A stretch of DNA of 64,000 bases from Candidatus Aminicenantes bacterium (GCA_963736255.1 CAVTOI010000002.1:273576-337575); one strand, 5' to 3'. Positions 24,533-35,171 are shown, numbered from the stretch's first letter. Program-made: numbers and translations. The notes: generated from the sequence alone by a model not told the origin.

Positions 24533-25177
24533 TCAGTAATAATAAAGGGAGACATGGGGGACGCAGCGGCCGGACCTCGCCGTCATGACGGCCCGCCTGC
24601 GCACCAGGTCTTCGAAGCCGGCCGGCTTCCCGCCCTTGAGCCCTTTCCGTGTCTCGGCTTCGGCGGCGGCCCTTTCCGCCGCGGTCGCTTCGGCCCAGAG
24701 GGTCTCTTCGATCTCCTCGTCGAGCCTCTCGAGCGCGGCGGGATCGGGGCCCGTCGACGAAAGGACCGCGAGGGCCTTCTCGAGAAGGCGCTTCAGGGCG
24801 GCGTCGCCGGCGGGCAAGGCCGCGACGGCTCTTTCGATCTCCCGACGGGCCTTCTCGCCCTTGTCGGTCCGGGGGCCGTTGCCGGCCGCCTTCCTGCGGC
24901 CGGCGCCCCTGTCCCGGTGTTGGGCAAAGGCGGCCTCGACCTGGCGCTCGCAGAAGGCCAGGGAGACGGATCTCGTTCCCCGCTTTCGGGCCCTGAGCCC
25001 TTCGAAGGTCCGGGCGACCCCTTCGAGCACGACGCCGAGGGGGACCCTCTTCTCTTCCCACGCGGCGATCATCGCCTGGTCCTTGGGCGAAAGGAAGAAC
25101 GCCCCGCCGCGGCGCTCGAGGAACGCCCGGGCGATCTCCCGGTAGTAGCCGCTCTGTCCGCTCTTGTCCTCGTCCAT
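24533..25177 (-). CDS. Hypothetical protein (helical; weak DnaD-like flavour)
   Basis: 214 aa: ...YYREIARAFLERRGGAFFLSPKDQAMIAAWEEKRVPLGVVLEGVARTFE... It sits 8 nt upstream of rnr and is co-oriented with its neighbours. The competing plus-strand ORF is P/G/R junk. Confidence 0.6.
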   Translation of the reverse strand: MDEDKSGQSGYYREIARAFLERRGGAFFLSPKDQAMIAAWEEKRVPLGVVLEGVARTFEGLRARKRGTRSVSLAFCERQVEAAFAQHRDRGAGRRKAAGNGPRTDKGEKARREIERAVAALPAGDAALKRLLEKALAVLSSTGPDPAALERLDEEIEETLWAEATAAERAAAEAETRKGLKGGKPAGFEDLVRRRAVMTARSGRCVPHVSLYYY

Positions 25178-25197
25178 GATCGTGGGCCGGCTCCGGG

Positions 25198-25977
25198 CTA
25201 GTCCCGGCCGTCGCGGTTTCTTTCGTGGATGATCCTCAGGCCCTCGAGGACGAGGTCGGGTTCGTAGGCCTCGATCTCCGTGAGCTCGGAGGCGATCTGG
25301 CCGCCGAAGCCGCCCGTGGCGATGACGCGGGCGTCCTGGCCGAGCTCCTTGCGGATCTCTTCGATCGTCTTCGTGACCAGGCCGATGTAGCCGAAGTAGA
25401 GGCCGGATTGCATGCTCGATACGGTCGTGCGGCCGATGGCTCTCTTGGGCTTGCGGATCTCGATGCGGGGCAGCCGGGCCGTCTTGAGATAGAGGGCCTC
25501 GGCCGAGATGCGGATGCCGGGGGCGATGGCCCCGCCCAGGTACTCGCCCTTGGCCGAGACGGCGTCGAACGTCGTCGCCGTGCCGAAATCGAGGACGATG
25601 AGGGGGCCGCCGTACTTCTCGAAGGCGGCGATCGAAGCCGTGATCCGGTCGGCGCCGACCTCGAGGGGGTTCTCGTAGAGGATGGGCATGCCCGTCTTGA
25701 GCCCCGGGCCGACGACGCTGGCCGTCGTCGCGAAATAGGTCCGGCAGACGTCCTCGATGACGGACGTCAGGGGAGGCACGACGCTCGAGATGATGGCCCC
25801 GGTGACCTTCCCGGCCGCGAGACCGGCGATCCCGATGAGATCGAGGAGGACCGCGCCGTATTCGTCGGCTGTCTTGTCGTTGTCGGTCTTGATCTTCCAG
25901 CTCTTGACGAGCTTCCGGCCGCGGAAAAGGCCCACTGCGATCGTCGTGTTGCCGACGTCGAATGCCAAGAGCATCAC
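25198..25977 (-). CDS. coaX: Type III pantothenate kinase
   Basis: MMLLAFDVGNTTIAVGLF...IVLDFGTATTFD...GGAIAPG... Confidence 0.9.
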   Translation of the reverse strand: MMLLAFDVGNTTIAVGLFRGRKLVKSWKIKTDNDKTADEYGAVLLDLIGIAGLAAGKVTGAIISSVVPPLTSVIEDVCRTYFATTASVVGPGLKTGMPILYENPLEVGADRITASIAAFEKYGGPLIVLDFGTATTFDAVSAKGEYLGGAIAPGIRISAEALYLKTARLPRIEIRKPKRAIGRTTVSSMQSGLYFGYIGLVTKTIEEIRKELGQDARVIATGGFGGQIASELTEIEAYEPDLVLEGLRIIHERNRDGRD

Positions 25978-25985
25978 GTGCCTCC

Positions 25986-26747
25986 TCAGGACACCCTATC
26001 GAATGCCAGGACGGCGTCGAGGGCGACCGTCCCGGCCCCGCCGTCGCGGACGACGACCAGCCGGCCTTCCCCGTCGAGTCCCCGGTATTCCGCCCCGAAC
26101 CTGCCCCCTGTCGTCTCGACCGTCACGGCCGCGCCCGGCGGAAAGGCGGGCCTGGCCTCGAACGCTCTGATGACCGCCTCCTTGTCTCCCCGGGCGAGGA
26201 CATTATACCAGCCGTCGAGGGCCCGGCAAAGCGCCTCGAAAAGGGCCTCGACCGTCGCGGCGAGGCCGCCGGCGATCTTGACGGAGGTCGAGGCCGCGCG
26301 GAGGCCCTCGGGGAAATCGTCCGGGCCGTGGCCGACGTTGAGGCCGATCCCCACGACGGCGAAGCCGCCGGCGGCCCCGCCGCTCTGCGCCTCGCAGAGA
26401 ATGCCGCCGAGCTTTCTCCCGCGGTGGACGACGTCGTTAGGCCATTTGAGAAGGGTCTCGACCCCGCACGTCTCCCGGACGGCGTCGGAAGCGGCCAGCC
26501 CCGCGGCGAGCGGGATGAGATGAGGGAACGGCAAGGCCCCGCCGCCCGGGCCGCGAAGGACGAACGAAGCGTAAAGCCCCAGCCCCGCGGGCGAATGCCA
26601 GGCGCGCCCTTTCGTGCCCCTGCCCCGGGTCTGTTCTTTGGCCAGGACGGCCGTGCCGTGGGCGGCCCCGTCGAGGGCCAGGGCGCGGGCGGCGTCGTTC
26701 GTGGAGGGAACGGACGCGAGCCGATGGACGGTGGCGCCGACGGGCAT
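25986..26747 (-). CDS. birA: Biotin--[acetyl-CoA-carboxylase] ligase (no N-terminal HTH)
   Basis: VPSTNDAARALA...LAKEQTRGRGTKGRAWHSP...LKWPNDVV...KLGGILCE. Confidence 0.9.
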   Translation of the reverse strand: MPVGATVHRLASVPSTNDAARALALDGAAHGTAVLAKEQTRGRGTKGRAWHSPAGLGLYASFVLRGPGGGALPFPHLIPLAAGLAASDAVRETCGVETLLKWPNDVVHRGRKLGGILCEAQSGGAAGGFAVVGIGLNVGHGPDDFPEGLRAASTSVKIAGGLAATVEALFEALCRALDGWYNVLARGDKEAVIRAFEARPAFPPGAAVTVETTGGRFGAEYRGLDGEGRLVVVRDGGAGTVALDAVLAFDRVS

Positions 26748-26765
26748 GGCTTTCCCCTCCCGTCC

Positions 26766-29400
26766 TCAGGAGGGATCGGCGAGCGCGGCCAGGTTCCGGC
26801 CGACCTTCTCCCGCCGGGCCTTGAGCTCCTCGAGCCGGGCCCGGTTCTCCGCTACGACGGCGGCCGGCGCCTTGGCGACGAAATCGCCGTTCCCGAGCTT
26901 TCTCTCGACCTTCTCGGTTTCCGCGTCGAGCTTGGCCAGCTCCTTCTGCAGGCGGTCGCGCTCTTGCCCCGGGTCGGCCGGCTGGCCCGGGACGACGCCG
27001 ATCTCGAACGGGCCGGCGACGCCTTTGAGGAGCCCCTCCCCTTCCGGCAGGGCGGAGGCGAACTCGAGGCTCGCCAGGCCGGCCAGGGTCCGCACGGACG
27101 CGGCCTGGGCTTCGAGGGCGGCCGTCTCTTCGAGGCCGGCCCGCTTGACGATGAGGCGGAGCTTGTCCTTGGGCGCGATCTTGTTCTCGGTGCGGACCGT
27201 GCGCGTCTCGACGATGACGGCCTGGACGAGGGCCATGGTCTTCTCGGCGGCCTCGTCGCTCCAGCCCTTTTCGGGGACCGGGAACGGCGCGACGGCGATC
27301 GACCGTCCGGCGCCCGGCAGGTGGTGCCAGATCTCCTCGGTGATGAAGGGCATGAAGGGGTGGAGGAGCTTCAGGATGCGGTCGAGCGCGTCGGCCAGCA
27401 CCGCTTCGGTCGTCGCGTTCCCTTCGCGCAGGCCGACCTTGGCGAACTCGATATACCAGTCGCAGAACTCGTGCCAGACGAAATGGTAGATGAGGTGGGC
27501 CGCCTCGTTGAACTTGTACTGCCCGAGGCTCGCGTCGAGCGCGGCCGTCACCGCGTTCATCCGGCTCCGGATCCAGCGGTCGGCGAGCGAGAGGTCCGCC
27601 TCCCGGACCTCGGGATGCTCGGACTTGAGGTTCATCAGGACGAACCGCGAGGCGTTCCAGATCTTGTTGGAGAAGGCCTGGTAGCCGTCGATGCGCTTCT
27701 CGGACAGGACCAGGTCCATGCCCGGTACGGCCAGGATGGCCAGGGTGAAGCGGAGGGCGTCGGTCCCGTACTGATCGATCATGACCAGCGGGTCGATGAC
27801 GTTTCCTTTCGATTTGCTCATCTTGGCGCCGCTGGTCGCGGACGAGGCCGTGGATGTAGACACCTCGCGGAACGGGAACATCGCCCATGAACTTGAGGCC
27901 CATCATGATCATGCGGGCGACCCAGAAAAAGATGATGTCGAAGCCCGTGACAGCAGCTCGTCGGATAAAAGTTCTGCAGGTCCTCGGTCTCGTCCGGCCA
28001 GCCGAGCGTCGAGAAGGGCCACAGGCCCGAGGAGAACCAGGTGTCGAGGACGTCCTCGTCCTGGTCGAGCTCTTCGACCGCACTTGTCGCACTTCGCTCG
28101 GGTCGTCCACTGGCACCATGATCTGGCCGCAATCGTCGCAGTAAAAGGCCGGGATGCGGTGGCCCCACCAGAGCTGGCGCGAGATGCACCAGTCGTGGAT
28201 GTTGTACATCCACTCGAAGTAGGTCTTGTCCCAGTTCTTCGGGACGAACTCGATCCAGCCGTCCTCGACGACGCGGATGGCCTCGTCGGCCAGGGGCTTG
28301 ATCTGCACGAACCATTGCTTCGAGAGGTAGGGCTCGATGATGGTCTGGCAGCGGTAGCAGTGGCCGACGGCGTGGTCGTGGTTCTCGATCTTGACGAGCA
28401 GGCCCAGCTTCTTGAGGTCCTCGACGACCTTGGCCCGCGCGGCGAAGCGGTCGAGGCCCGAAGTACGGCCCGCCGTCTCGGTCATCTTGCCCGAGCCGTC
28501 GATGACGATGATCTGCTCGAGGCCGTGCTTCTTGCCGAGCTCGAAGTCGACGGGGTCGTGGGCCGGCGTGACCTTGACCGCCCCGGTCCCGAATTCGCGC
28601 TCGACGCGATCGTCGGTGATGACCGGGATGGGCCGGTCCTGGAGGGGCAGGATGACCCGCTTCCCGTGGAGGCTCGCGTAGCGCTCGTCGTCCGGGTGGA
28701 CGGCGACGGCCGTGTCGCCGAGCATGGTCTCGGGCCGCGTCGTGGCCACGACGACGGACTCGTCCGATCCCTCGACGCGGTAGCGGATGTGCCAGAGCTT
28801 GCCGCGGACGTCCTTGTGCTCGATCTCGATGTCCGAGAGCACGGTCCGGCAGTGCGGGCAGCGGTTGACGAGGAAATAGTCGCGGTAGATGAGGCCTTCG
28901 TTGTAGAGCGAGACGAAGACCTGGATGACGGCCCGGCTGAAGCCCTCGTCCATGGTGAAGCGCTCCCGCGACCAGTCGAGCGAGAGGCCGAGCTTCTTGA
29001 GCTGGCTGGTGATGACGCCGGCGTACTTGTCCTTCCAGTCCCAGGCGATGCGGAGGAACTCGTCGCGGCCGATCTTGTCGCGGGTCAGGCCCTTTTCGGC
29101 CAGCCGCTTCTCGATGACGTTGTGGACGGCGATCGAGGCGTGGTCGGTGCCCGGCAGCCACAGGCAGTTATGGCCCTGCATCCGCTTCCAGCGGGTGATG
29201 ATGTCCGGCAGGGTGAAGCAGAGCGCGTGGCCCATGTGGAGGATGCCGGTGACGTTGGCCGGCGGCAGGACCATGGAGAACTTGGGCTTGGGGGACTTCA
29301 CATCGGCGGCGTAAAGCCTCTCGTCGAGCCAGAATTGTCCCCATTTCTCCTCGACCGGCTTGGGGTCGTAGGCTTTGGCCAGCTCGTCTTTCGTGCTCAT
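26766..29400 (-). pseudogene. valS: Valine--tRNA ligase, reading frame disrupted as assembled
   Basis: N-terminal about 435 aa (MSTKDELAKAYDPKPVEEKWGQFW...VLPPANVTGILHMGHAL...) are in one frame. The KMSKS-to-C-terminus part (track ORF 26766-27881) is in another. Conserved peptides between 27831 and 28092 hop among all three frames. Length is 2635 nt, not divisible by 3. Confidence 0.9.
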
Positions 29401-29990
29401 GATCTCGACATCCATTCCTTGAGGTCGGCCAGGACGCTGGCCCGGACCCGTTTCTCGATCTCCCTCTCCATGCCGACGATCTCCTCGCGGACGACGGCCC
29501 GGATCTCGGGACCGCCGGCCGCCGCGGGAACGGAGGCGGCCTGCGCCTTCGACCCGGCGGCACCCGGGAGGCCGGCTTGGCCGGGCCAGACGGGCTCCTC
29601 GGGCAGCGACGACGGGCCCGTCTTCCGGGCGATGAGCTCTCGGACGACGGCCGCCAGCTTCTCCGAATCGAACGGCTTGGGCACGACCTCGTCGTACTCG
29701 GACGGCGGGGTCCTGTCGGCGTCGACGCACTCGAACGCGCCGCGCAGGCCGACGAGCGGGACCGTGGCCAGCTCCTTGCGGCTCCTCAGGGTCCGGGCGA
29801 CGTCGTAGCCGTCCCGCCCGGGCAGCGTCAGGCTGACGACGAGGGCGTCGGGCCTGAGGCCGGCCACGGACTCGAGGAGCGAGGCGCCGTCCTCGAACAC
29901 GGAGACCCGGAATTCCGGCTCGGCGAAGGCGAGCTGGACCGCCTTCTGGACCGAAGGGCTGGGGTCGGCCACGATGATCTTGTAGGGCAC
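29397..29990 (-). CDS. Receiver (REC)-domain protein lacking the phospho-acceptor Asp
   Basis: GTG start with GAGGA SD. (M)PYKIIVADPSPSV...DALVVSLTLPGRDGY...VVPKPF. Ser occupies the Asp57-equivalent position (4 residues before the conserved Pro). DP replaces the DD pair. The conserved Lys (KPF) is kept. ATGA overlap with valS. Confidence 0.8.
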   Translation of the reverse strand: MPYKIIVADPSPSVQKAVQLAFAEPEFRVSVFEDGASLLESVAGLRPDALVVSLTLPGRDGYDVARTLRSRKELATVPLVGLRGAFECVDADRTPPSEYDEVVPKPFDSEKLAAVVRELIARKTGPSSLPEEPVWPGQAGLPGAAGSKAQAASVPAAAGGPEIRAVVREEIVGMEREIEKRVRASVLADLKEWMSRS

Positions 29991-30025
29991 GTCGATCCTC
30001 AGAAAATCAAGAAAAGAGTCAGCTT

Positions 30026-30054
30026 AATCTACCCGTTTTGACCGGGACTGTCAA
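30026..30054 (-). promoter_or_regulatory. Sigma70-like promoter for the receiver-valS-birA-coaX block
   Basis: Minus strand TTGACA-N17-TAGATT, between the dnaE stop and the receiver gene. Confidence 0.5.
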
Positions 30055-30075
30055 TTTTGAAGCGAGCGGACGCGC

Positions 30076-33000
30076 TCAATAATCCACGAAGACGGCGTTC
30101 TCGCCGAGCAGGGCCTCGATCTTCTTGAGCAGGTCCTCCGACGGCGTCACCTTCTGGACCTCGGCGCTCTGAGCCACGAGGCGGTAGGCGCGGGGTGTCT
30201 CGAGCTCGAACACGACGGGGCAGCGGCCCTCATAGCCGTCGAGGATCGTCTTGAGCTCGGCCAGCGTCGCCTCTTCGAGGCCGGGCAGGAAGATGCGGAC
30301 GACGAGCCGCTTCGCCTGCTTCTCGAAGGCCTCGGCGAGGGGCATAGCCTGGCTGAGGCTGATGCGGCGGTTGTCCTCCTCGCCCATGTACTTGCCCTTG
30401 ATCCAGACGAGCTGGCCCTCCCGGAGATACTGGCCGTACTTGCCGAAGCAATCGGGGAAAGCCACGACCTCGATCTTGCCGGTCAGGTCCTCGAGGAAGA
30501 ACGTGGCCATGCGCTCGTCCTTCTTCGTCTTGAGCGGCTTGAACGAGCCGATGATGCCGGCCAGGCGGACGTCCTTGTCGAAGTCCCGCTCGGAGTTGAG
30601 CTCGGAGATGAGGTGCGAAACGAGCTTGCGCAGGCGGTCCTTGTGCCGGGCCAGGGGGTGCCCGGTGATGTAGAGCCCGAGTGCGTCCATTTCGTACGAC
30701 AGGACGTGGGATTCGTCCCACTCCCGCATGTCCAGGACCTCCTGGGGTACGGGCGGCGGCTCTTCCCCCGCGGGGCCGAAGAGGGAGTTCTGGCGGGCGG
30801 CCTGGGCCTTCTGGACGTCATGGCCGAAATCGATCATGCGGTCGAGCATGTGATAGCACTGCGACCGCTTCCAGCCGAGCGAGTCGAAGGCCCCGGCCTT
30901 GATCAGGCTCTCGACGGCCTTGCGGTTGATGACCTTGGTGTCGTGCTCGAGAAAGAGGTCGAAGGGCGACTTGAACCCGCCCGCCCTCTTGCGGGCCGCC
31001 ACGAGCTCCTCGACGGCCGCCTGCCCGATGCCCTTGACCGCCGCCAGGCCGAAGCGGATGTTGCCGTTCTCGACGGTGAAGCGGAACTCGCTCTTGTTGA
31101 TGTCGGGGGGCAGGACCTGGATGCCCATCTCATGGCATTCGCCGATGTACTTGACGACCTGGGGCGTCGCCCCACGCTCGGCCTCCGAGGTCAGGAGGGC
31201 GGCCAGGAAGTGGACCGGGTTGTGGGCCTTGAGGTAGGCCGTCTGGTAGGCAAGAAGAGCGTAGGCGGCGCTGTGGGACTTGTTGAAGCCGTATTCGGCG
31301 AACTCCTTGATCTGCTCGAAGATCTTGTCGGCCTTGGCCGAGGCGACGCCCTTCTTCTTGGCCCCCTGCATGAACTTCTGCTTCTGGGCCTTCATCGTCT
31401 CTTTGTCTTTTTTGCCCATGGCCTTGCGCAGAAGGTCGGCCCCGGCCAGGGTGAACCCGGCGAGATCGGTGGCGATGCGCATGACCTGTTCCTGGTAGAT
31501 GATGATGCCCCGCGTCTCCCGCAGGATGGGCTCGAGCTCGGGGAGCTCGTAGGCGATGCGCTCGGGGTGGTTGCGGCGGTGGATGGACTCGTCGGTCATG
31601 CCGCTCTTGAGCGGGCCCGGCCGGTAGAGGGCGTTGAGGGCGATGAGGTCGCGGAACTCCGTGGGCCGGAAGCGGCGCAGCAGGTCCTTCATGCCCGGGC
31701 TCTCGAACTGGAAGACGCCGTCCGTGTTCCCGGACCGGAACACCTCGAAGGTGGCGTCGTCGTCGAGCGGCAGGTCGTTGATGTCGATCTTGAGGCCCGT
31801 GTCCTGGCGCAGGAGCTCCAGCGCGTCGTCGATGACGGTCAGGTTCCGCAGGCCGAGCAGGTCCATCTTGAGGAGGCCCAGGGCCTCGACGTCGCCCATG
31901 GGGAACTGGGTCGTGATCTCGCCCTTGACCGATTGATAGAGGGGCAGGAACTCGACCAGCGGCTTGGGCGTGATGACGATGCCGGCGGCATGGATCGAGG
32001 GATGGCGGACCTGGCCCTCGATCTTCTGGGCGATGGCCAGGAGCTGGGCGATCTTGGAGTTGCGGTCGCGAAGCGACTTGAGCTCGGGGACGCTCTTGAG
32101 GCCGTCGGCGATCGTCGCATCGACCGCGAAGGGGATCATCTTGGCGATGCGGTCGACCTCGGGCAGCGGCACTTCGAGGACGCGGCCGACGTCGCGGATG
32201 GCCCCCCGGGCGGCCATGGTCCCGAAGGTGATGATCTGGCAGACGTTCTCCTGGCCGTACTTGCGGGTCACGTACTCGATCATCTCCTGCCGGCGGCGGG
32301 CGCAGAAGTCCATGTCGATGTCGGGCAGGCTGATGCGCTCGGGATTGAGGAAGCGCTCGAAAAGGAGGTCGTACTCGAGGGGATCGATCTCGGTGATCTC
32401 GAGGACGTAGGCGAGGAGGCTGCCAGCCGCCGAGCCGCGGCCCGGTCCGACGGGGATGCCCTTCTCCCGGGCGGCCTTGAGGAGGTCCCAGACGATGAGG
32501 AAGTAGCCCTCGAAGTGCATCTCCTCGATAAGCTTGATCTCCCGGGTCAGCCGCTGCTCGTACTCGCCCGCGCCGTGCGAGGCGCGGCCGTTCACGGTGT
32601 CGGCCTGCCGCCGGGCCATGCGGGCCCGGAAGCCCTCCCAGGCGACCTCCTCGAAGTAATCGCGGAGCGGCTTGCCTGCGGGCGGCGCGAACAGGGGCAG
32701 GTTATAGCTCTTGGTCGGGAAATCGAAGCTGCAGCGGGCGGCGACCTTGCCGGTATTCTCGATGGCGTCGGGCGTTTCGCGGAAGAGCTCGGACATCTCC
32801 GCCGCAGACTTGAAATAGAACTGGTCGGACGAGAACTTGAGACGGTCCGGGTCGGAGATCTTGCGGTTGGTCTGGATGCAGACGAGAACGTCCTGGCTCT
32901 CGGCGTCCTCCCGCCGGGCGAAGTGAATATCGTTCGTGGCCACGACGGGCAGGCCGAGCTTGCGGGCGACGGCCACGAGCTGAGGGTTGACCGCCTTCTG

Positions 33001-33555
33001 CTCGGGGAGGCCGTGGTCCATGAGCTCGATGTAGAAATCGCCGGGCGCGAACATCGCGGCGTACTCCCGGGCCGCCTCCTCGGCCTTCTCGGGGAAGCCG
33101 CGGTTGAGCCAGAAGGCGACCTCGCCCTTGAGGCAGGCGGAAAGCCCGATGAGGCCCTCGCTGTGGGCGGCCAGGAGCTCCTTGTCGATCCGCGGCCGGT
33201 AGTAGAAGCCCTCGAGGTAGCTCTGGGTGACGAGCTTGCAGAGGTTCTTGTAGCCGCGGTCGTCCTTGACGAGGAGGATGATGTGGAAATGGTGGACGTC
33301 GTCGGGGCCGCCCGGCTTCTTGTCGAACCGGCTCCGGGGCGCGACGTAGGCCTCGCAGCCGAGGATGGGCTTGACCCCCTTGGCTTTCGCCGCCTTGAAG
33401 AACTGGACGGCGCCGAAGACGTTGCCGTGATCGGTGATGGCCACGGCGGGCATGTTGTTCTCGTAGGCGGCCTGGACGAGGGCGTCGATCCTCAGGCAGC
33501 CGTCGAGGACGGAGTACTCGGAATGGTTGTGGAGGTGAACGAACGTCGGTTCCAT
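30076..33555 (-). CDS. dnaE: DNA polymerase III alpha subunit
   Basis: 1159 aa: FVHLHNHSEYSVLDGCLRI (PHP domain)...GPGRGSAAGSLLAYVLEITEIDPL...LPDIDMDF...FNKSHSAAYAL... Confidence 0.95.
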   Translation of the reverse strand: MEPTFVHLHNHSEYSVLDGCLRIDALVQAAYENNMPAVAITDHGNVFGAVQFFKAAKAKGVKPILGCEAYVAPRSRFDKKPGGPDDVHHFHIILLVKDDRGYKNLCKLVTQSYLEGFYYRPRIDKELLAAHSEGLIGLSACLKGEVAFWLNRGFPEKAEEAAREYAAMFAPGDFYIELMDHGLPEQKAVNPQLVAVARKLGLPVVATNDIHFARREDAESQDVLVCIQTNRKISDPDRLKFSSDQFYFKSAAEMSELFRETPDAIENTGKVAARCSFDFPTKSYNLPLFAPPAGKPLRDYFEEVAWEGFRARMARRQADTVNGRASHGAGEYEQRLTREIKLIEEMHFEGYFLIVWDLLKAAREKGIPVGPGRGSAAGSLLAYVLEITEIDPLEYDLLFERFLNPERISLPDIDMDFCARRRQEMIEYVTRKYGQENVCQIITFGTMAARGAIRDVGRVLEVPLPEVDRIAKMIPFAVDATIADGLKSVPELKSLRDRNSKIAQLLAIAQKIEGQVRHPSIHAAGIVITPKPLVEFLPLYQSVKGEITTQFPMGDVEALGLLKMDLLGLRNLTVIDDALELLRQDTGLKIDINDLPLDDDATFEVFRSGNTDGVFQFESPGMKDLLRRFRPTEFRDLIALNALYRPGPLKSGMTDESIHRRNHPERIAYELPELEPILRETRGIIIYQEQVMRIATDLAGFTLAGADLLRKAMGKKDKETMKAQKQKFMQGAKKKGVASAKADKIFEQIKEFAEYGFNKSHSAAYALLAYQTAYLKAHNPVHFLAALLTSEAERGATPQVVKYIGECHEMGIQVLPPDINKSEFRFTVENGNIRFGLAAVKGIGQAAVEELVAARKRAGGFKSPFDLFLEHDTKVINRKAVESLIKAGAFDSLGWKRSQCYHMLDRMIDFGHDVQKAQAARQNSLFGPAGEEPPPVPQEVLDMREWDESHVLSYEMDALGLYITGHPLARHKDRLRKLVSHLISELNSERDFDKDVRLAGIIGSFKPLKTKKDERMATFFLEDLTGKIEVVAFPDCFGKYGQYLREGQLVWIKGKYMGEEDNRRISLSQAMPLAEAFEKQAKRLVVRIFLPGLEEATLAELKTILDGYEGRCPVVFELETPRAYRLVAQSAEVQKVTPSEDLLKKIEALLGENAVFVDY

Positions 33556-33620
33556 GCGCGAAATCTTTTCGTGATCCGGCGGGGCCGCCGCGGCGGGCCG
33601 GCCGGAGGGGCTATTCTATC

Positions 33621-35153
33621 TTATTCCCACTCGATCGTACCCGGCGGCTTGGTCGTCACGTCGTAGACGACGCGGTTGACGCCCCGGACCTCGTTGACGA
33701 TGCGCGTCGACATGCGGGCCATGAGCCGGGCCGGCGCCGGGTACCAGTTGGCCGTCATGCCGTCCGTGCTCTGGACGAGCCGGATCACGACGACCCGATG
33801 GTAGGTCCGCTGGTCGCCCATGACGCCGACGGAGCGGATCGGCAGGAGGACGGCGAAGGCCTGCCACAGCTTCTTGTAGATCCCGGCCTTGTGGACCTCC
33901 TGGAGGATGATGTCGTCGGCCGCCCGCAGGATCTCGAGGCTCTCCCGGTTGACCTCGCCGACGAGCCGCACGGCGAGCCCCGGGCCGGGGAAGGGGTGCT
34001 GGTGGATGAAGTCGGCGTCGACCCCCAGCTCGAGGGCCAGGGCCCGGACCTCGTCCTTGAACAGCTCGCGGAGCGGCTCGACGAGCTTGAACTTCAGCCC
34101 CTTCGGCAGGCCGCCCACATTGTGATGGGACTTGATGACCGACGACGGCCCCTTGACCGGGTTGGACTCGATGACGTCGGGATAGATCGTCCCCTGGGCC
34201 AGGAAGGCCGCCCCGCCGAGACGCATGGCCTCGCGCTCGAAGAGGTGGATGAACAGGCGGCCGATCGTCTTGCGCTTGCGCTCGGGCGAGACGACGCCGC
34301 GGAGACCGTCCAGGAACATGTCGGAGGCGTCGATGCCGACGACCTTGAGGGCGAACTTTTTGCGGAAGGCCTCCATGAGGACCTCGTACTGGCCCTTGCG
34401 GAGCAGGCCGTTGTCGATGAAGACGCAGGTCAGCTGGCGGCCGATGGCCTTGTGGATGATGAGCGACGTGACGAGGGAGTCGACGCCGCCCGAGAGCCCG
34501 CAGATGACCCGGCCCTTGCCGACGGTCGCCCGGATCTCCTTGACCTTACGGCCGACGAACGAGGAGATCGTCCAATCGGGCTTGAGGCCGGCCTGGCGGA
34601 AGAGGAAGTTGCCGAGGACCTTGAGCCCTTCCTTGGTGTGGATGACCTCGGGGTGGAACTGGACGCCGTAGAATTTCCGTTTCTTGTCCTCGATCACGGC
34701 GGCGCGGGTGTTGGCCGTGCTCCCGGTCAGGCGGAATCCGGGCGGGACGCACTCGAGCCTGTCGCCGTGGCTCATCCAGACCTGCTCCCGGTCCCTGACC
34801 TTGGCCAGCAGGCCCGAGGGGTCGAGGATGCGCAGAGCGGCGAAGCCGTACTCGCGCTCCTTGGACGGGATGACCTCGCCACCGAGGAAGTGGGCCATGA
34901 GCTGGACGCCGTAGCAGATGCCCAGGATCGGGACGCCGAGACCGAAGATGCCCTTGTCGGGATGGGGAGCGCCCTTGCCGTAGACGCTCTGCGGACCGCC
35001 GGAAAGAACGAGGGCGGAGGGGCCGGCCTTGCGGATCTCGGCGAGCGGGGTCGCGAAGGGCAGGATCTCGGAATACACCCCCAGCTCGCGGATCTTCCGG
35101 GCGATGAGCTGCGTGTACTGCGACCCGAAATCGAGGATGAGGACTTTCTGCAT
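33621..35153 (-). CDS. guaA: GMP synthase (glutamine-hydrolysing)
   Basis: 510 aa: ILDFGSQYTQLIARKIRELGVYSE...GICYGVQL...GLSGGVDS...PPGTIEWE. Confidence 0.95.
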   Translation of the reverse strand: MQKVLILDFGSQYTQLIARKIRELGVYSEILPFATPLAEIRKAGPSALVLSGGPQSVYGKGAPHPDKGIFGLGVPILGICYGVQLMAHFLGGEVIPSKEREYGFAALRILDPSGLLAKVRDREQVWMSHGDRLECVPPGFRLTGSTANTRAAVIEDKKRKFYGVQFHPEVIHTKEGLKVLGNFLFRQAGLKPDWTISSFVGRKVKEIRATVGKGRVICGLSGGVDSLVTSLIIHKAIGRQLTCVFIDNGLLRKGQYEVLMEAFRKKFALKVVGIDASDMFLDGLRGVVSPERKRKTIGRLFIHLFEREAMRLGGAAFLAQGTIYPDVIESNPVKGPSSVIKSHHNVGGLPKGLKFKLVEPLRELFKDEVRALALELGVDADFIHQHPFPGPGLAVRLVGEVNRESLEILRAADDIILQEVHKAGIYKKLWQAFAVLLPIRSVGVMGDQRTYHRVVVIRLVQSTDGMTANWYPAPARLMARMSTRIVNEVRGVNRVVYDVTTKPPGTIEWE

Positions 35154-35171
35154 GGAGGGATTTTATCAGAA

